From Candidatus Altarchaeum sp. (GTDB lineage Archaea; Altiarchaeota; Altiarchaeia; Altiarchaeales; Altiarchaeaceae), in assembly GCA_018260615.1 (NCBI GenBank), contig JAGWDQ010000138.1, positions 1 to 20,374 of the forward strand: 20,374 bases of DNA, written 5' to 3'. The first letter of the stretch is position 1. The number at the start of each line of letters is the position of its first letter. The notes below the pieces were generated by a model, which was given only the letters and a program-made list of their open reading frames with translations, did not search any database and was not told the origin of the DNA. Shown one piece after another: positions 17,535-20,374 of the stretch. A program made the position numbers and the translations under genes.

Positions 17535-18286
17535 AATTCGGCTTAAAATTATGGTCAAAAAATAAGGATTTAGTAGGTGAAGCAAGTAAATTGATAAATG
17601 AATTTTTTTTTCATTATGTTGAGTTATTTTATGTTCCTGAAACAGAAATAAAACCTTTTTTAGAGCATGATATTCCTTATATTATTCACATTCCAACCGA
17701 AAAATTTGGTTTAAACATCGGAGACAAAACCAAAAAAGAATTTAACTTAAAAATTATCAATACCTGTATTGAATGGGCAGACAAATTAAATGCAAAATAC
17801 ATTATCCAGCATGCAGATTATGGTTCACTTGAAGATGCAAAAAATTTATTGAAGGAAGTGCATGATGAACGACTTGTGATAGAAAATATGCCAAAAGTCG
17901 GCATTAACGGAGAGAAAATGCTCGGCTATGAACCGGGGCAGTTGAAAGAACTCATGGATATTGGAGATTTTGGTTTCTGCCTTGATTTCGGCCATGCTGC
18001 AAAAGCATCAGTAAGCATGGGCAGGGATTATAAGGAATACATTAATGAACTTCTAAAATTAAAACCAAATATGTTCCACATAAGCGATTGTGATTTAAAA
18101 AACGAGATTGATGAACATTTAAATATCGGTGATGGTGAACTGGACTTTAAATTTTTAAAAGAATGTATTTTAAGCACAAAATCAGAATATGTTACGCTCG
18201 AAACACCGAGAAAAAATTTAAATTCGCTTGATGAGGACTTAAAGAATCTGAAAGGACTAAAGATTTTGTTTGAACTTTATAAATAA
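17531..18286 (+). CDS. Xylose-isomerase-like / endonuclease IV TIM-barrel metalloprotein (AP_endonuc_2)
   Basis: IIH, IIQH, IENMP, CLDFGHA, MFHISD, DEHLNIGDG, TLETP. Translationally coupled (ATGA) to the GNAT gene. Confidence 0.85.
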   Translation: MKFGLKLWSKNKDLVGEASKLINEFFFHYVELFYVPETEIKPFLEHDIPYIIHIPTEKFGLNIGDKTKKEFNLKIINTCIEWADKLNAKYIIQHADYGSLEDAKNLLKEVHDERLVIENMPKVGINGEKMLGYEPGQLKELMDIGDFGFCLDFGHAAKASVSMGRDYKEYINELLKLKPNMFHISDCDLKNEIDEHLNIGDGELDFKFLKECILSTKSEYVTLETPRKNLNSLDEDLKNLKGLKILFELYK

Positions 18287-18334
18287 ATTTACCTAATCCT
18301 AATTTTTTTATGTCACCCACAAAACCATTGCAAA
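18210..18334 (+). repeat. Direct repeat copy 1 (3' end of TIM-barrel gene plus downstream DNA)
   Basis: Aligns without gaps to 18787-18911 at 109/125 identical by hand count. Confidence 0.9.
18287..18310 (+). terminator. Possible oligo(T) terminator without hairpin, after the last operon gene
   Basis: T7 run at 18303-18309, 17 nt after the stop, with no GC stem. Weak evidence in such AT-rich DNA. Confidence 0.3.
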
Positions 18335-18358
18335 TGACTCTAATTTTTCCGGTATTAA

Positions 18359-18382
18359 CACACTCATTTCATTCGTGTATTT
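18359..18382. repeat. Degenerate copy of the 24-bp REP-like motif
   Basis: CACACTCATTTCATTCGTGTATTT matches 19558-19581 at 20/24; all four differences are transitions. Confidence 0.7.
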
Positions 18383-18786
18383 TAAATACTCACTTCGTCA
18401 ATATTCGTTATGAGATTTTAAAATAAATTTAAAAGCCAGTTATCAATATTCTTCTATCAATAAAACAACAAAATTATCAAAAATGATAATTAGACGACTT
18501 TCCAGATTTAATTAAAAACCCAAATTCGTTTCGGACTTTCAGGCCTTGCAGATGTCCTTTTGAAAGATAGAAAAACAAAACCCGTTCTTTTAGGTTTATT
18601 TTTAGTTTAGATTCATCTGTTCCTGTGATGGAAAATAGTGTTTTAAGTTACAGTTCACCTTTGTCCGGACAAAAACAGAACAAATAAATTTAAAACTAAT
18701 GAAAGTTTCCGATATAAAGGAACATTTAGATTTATCTACATATAAGTCAAAAATTCAACAATTTAACTCACACATAAGTCATTCAG

Positions 18787-18911
18787 GAAAAAATTTAAAT
18801 TCGCTTGATGAAGATTTAAAGAATCTGGAAGGACTAAATGTTTTGTCTGAACTTTATAAATAAATTTATCCAATTCTATTTCTTTTATGTCAACCGCAAA
18901 ACCCCCGCAAA
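18787..18911 (+). pseudogene. Direct repeat copy 2: diverged remnant of the TIM-barrel gene 3' end
   Basis: Reads KNLNSLDEDLKNLEGLNVLSELYK* versus KNLNSLDEDLKNLKGLKILFELYK*. Offset from copy 1 is 577 nt. Confidence 0.85.
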
Positions 18912-19066
18912 ATGAACCGCATGGATTTTAATATCTGTAATCATCATAAAATTTCCCGCATTTATTTATTACATAATTTTGGCTGGAACGGTTTCTTAAG
19001 AAGAAATTATGGTTTCTTTCCTGTTTTAACCCATCTTTCCCGGCGACCCCACACATAGCGATTCAG

Positions 19067-19164
19067 GTAACTATTCGGAGGTTAACAAAATTTTACAGGT
19101 AAAATTTTCAGAAAAATAGAAAAAATCAAAAAAATTATGTGTAGTTTTTGGGCTGAATAGTTAC
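19067..19164. mobile_element. Possible second MITE-like element (98 bp)
   Basis: GTAACTATTCGG (19067-19078) and CTGAATAGTTAC (19153-19164) are inverted repeats, 11/12. Internal hairpin at 19087-19108. No target-site duplication seen. Confidence 0.4.
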
Positions 19165-19218
19165 TTATGTGATTTAACCGGAGTTTCCCACCATCCTGTG
19201 TAAAAGTTTCACCCCACT

Positions 19219-19600
19219 TACGCCCACTTCGTTCGTGTATTTACAAAATGTTCAGAATATTTTGTCACCTCACTTTGTTCGGAGATTTTTAAATCTCTGC
19301 GATTTAAAAATAAGATTGAAAATCTTGCAGATTTTCAGTATTGAAAAATTCTCAAAGAATTTTTCAAGATTAAAAACCTCATAGGTTTTTAGTATTTCAA
19401 AATCTCTGCGATTTAAAAAATCTCGCAGATTTTTTAAAGATTGAAACCGAAGGTTTCAGTATTTTGAAAATCGTTCGGAGATTTTAAAATCTTTGCGATT
19501 TTAAAATTGGTGGTAATTTTTGTTACCCAGTGTAATTAATTTTGTAAATTTTTAAAATACGCTCACTTCGTTCGTGTATTTCAGAAGTAAATTCTGAAAT
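19219..19600. repeat. Mosaic array of palindromic, REP/BIME-like units
   Basis: 24-bp direct repeats at 19219-19242 and 19558-19581 (23/24). 34-bp repeats at 19277-19310 and 19473-19506 (31/34). Three AAGATT-stem-loop-AGTATT units and further perfect hairpins. Confidence 0.85.
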
Positions 19601-19680
19601 TACCGGTAAATTTTTTAATGGTTGAAAACCTATGATTTAAATGAATAAAATGTTATGCATAGTAATTGCAAAATTTTAAG

Positions 19681-20364
19681 ATGGAAGAAAAAACGACAGA
19701 TATAGTTAAACAAAATATTATTGAGAAAAAGATATTTTTGATTAGAGGTATGAATGTAATGTTAGACAGGGACCTTGCCGGACTTTACGGAGTAGAAACA
19801 AAATATTTAACTCGTCAGGTTCGCAGAAATATCGAAAGGTTTCCTGAGGACTTTATGTTTCAATTAACCAGAGAAGAATTCTTGAGGTGCCAAATTGTCA
19901 CCTCAAGTTGGGGAGGTCGTCGTTATTTGCCTTATGCATTTACCGAACAGGGTGTTGCCATGCCCAGTGTTCTTAACAGCAAAAGAGCCATTATGGTAAA
20001 TATCGGAATAATGAGGGTATTTGTCAATATAAGAAAACTGGTGTCTGCAAATAAAGAAATACTTAACAAGGTGAATCAATTGGAATATAAAGTTCATTCA
20101 CACGATGAAAAAATAAAAACGATTTTCGAAGTTATTCATAAACCATCAGACACTAAATTGCTGTCTCCTGAAAAACCGTTTTCAAATAAAAAAGCAATCA
20201 GAGATATTATTAGTTCCAGTAAAAAATACATTTATTGGGCGGACAAATATTTTTCAAGAGCGGGGTTAGACTGGTTATCAGAGTCGCTCAATACAGATAA
20301 AGTGAAATGTCTTAAAATTGGTCTTGTGGCAATCAGATTCCAAAAAGGGAAATTTTCCATATAA
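19681..20364 (+). CDS. ORF6N-domain (KilA-N-related) DNA-binding protein, probably degenerate or truncated
   Basis: IRGMNVMLDRDLAGLYGVET, VRRNIERFPEDFMFQLT, GGRRYLPYAFTEQGVAM, then a coiled coil and the start of a second domain. ATG at 19681; ORF track starts at TTG 19666. Confidence 0.88.
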   Translation: MEEKTTDIVKQNIIEKKIFLIRGMNVMLDRDLAGLYGVETKYLTRQVRRNIERFPEDFMFQLTREEFLRCQIVTSSWGGRRYLPYAFTEQGVAMPSVLNSKRAIMVNIGIMRVFVNIRKLVSANKEILNKVNQLEYKVHSHDEKIKTIFEVIHKPSDTKLLSPEKPFSNKKAIRDIISSSKKYIYWADKYFSRAGLDWLSESLNTDKVKCLKIGLVAIRFQKGKFSI

Positions 20365-20374
20365 ATTAATTTGA

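Noticed and set aside
18470-18660. Minus-strand open frame of about 55 codons (LKTLFSITGTDESK...)
   Set aside because: No start codon and no recognisable motif.
18210-18911. Diversity-generating retroelement VR/TR pair (gene 3' end plus downstream non-coding copy)
   Set aside because: Mismatches are not adenine-specific (G/A, C/T, A/G, G/T, A/G, T/C), similarity continues past the stop codon, and no reverse transcriptase is in the window.
19219-19600. CRISPR array
   Set aside because: Repeats are of several kinds, irregularly spaced, and the intervening DNA is itself palindromic rather than unique spacers. No cas genes are present.
3551-20097. Short alternative-frame and minus-strand ORFs (3551, 5035, 8758, 9751, 11258, 11701, 11792, 12885, 13997, 16170, 16210, 16522, 16789, 16997, 19903)
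   Set aside because: All lie within or across well-supported plus-strand genes and show no family motifs; treated as shadow ORFs.
1-20374. tRNA, rRNA, riboswitch, integrase or transposase genes
   Set aside because: No cloverleaf, rRNA-like stretch or recombinase/transposase motif was recognised.

Overview
This is an AT-rich window dominated by one plus-strand surface-glycan cluster (1614-18286, 15 tightly packed genes). The cluster encodes a pseudaminic-acid (Pse)-type nonulosonate pathway: a PseB/Pen-like and a Pal-like dehydratase, PseC, a PseH-like GNAT, PseI, an SpsF-type cytidylyltransferase, a Pse-associated methylase, two N-acetyl-sugar amidotransferases and a large GT-B-like candidate transferase. 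A CDP-3,6-dideoxyhexose block (rfbF, rfbG/yfnG-like, SDR reductase, rfbH, RfbV-like GT2) is nested inside it. Two expected enzymes are absent from the window: PseG (UDP-sugar hydrolase) and RfbI/DdhD (E3 reductase). The last gene is a TIM-barrel protein that keeps a full endonuclease-IV-like set of nine metal ligands; it is my best candidate for an undescribed PseG replacement. Upstream are a GC-richer SAM methyltransferase and a 110-bp MITE with 15-bp TIRs and a 5-bp target-site duplication, just before the operon start. Downstream are a diverged duplicate of the last gene's 3' end, a second TIR-bounded element, a mosaic array of co-varying hairpins with REP-like GAA-triloop repeats, and a probably degenerate ORF6N-domain gene. 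Start codons lack Shine-Dalgarno motifs, which is compatible with an archaeal host, but that is inference only. All family assignments come from motif recognition and recall; no searches were run.
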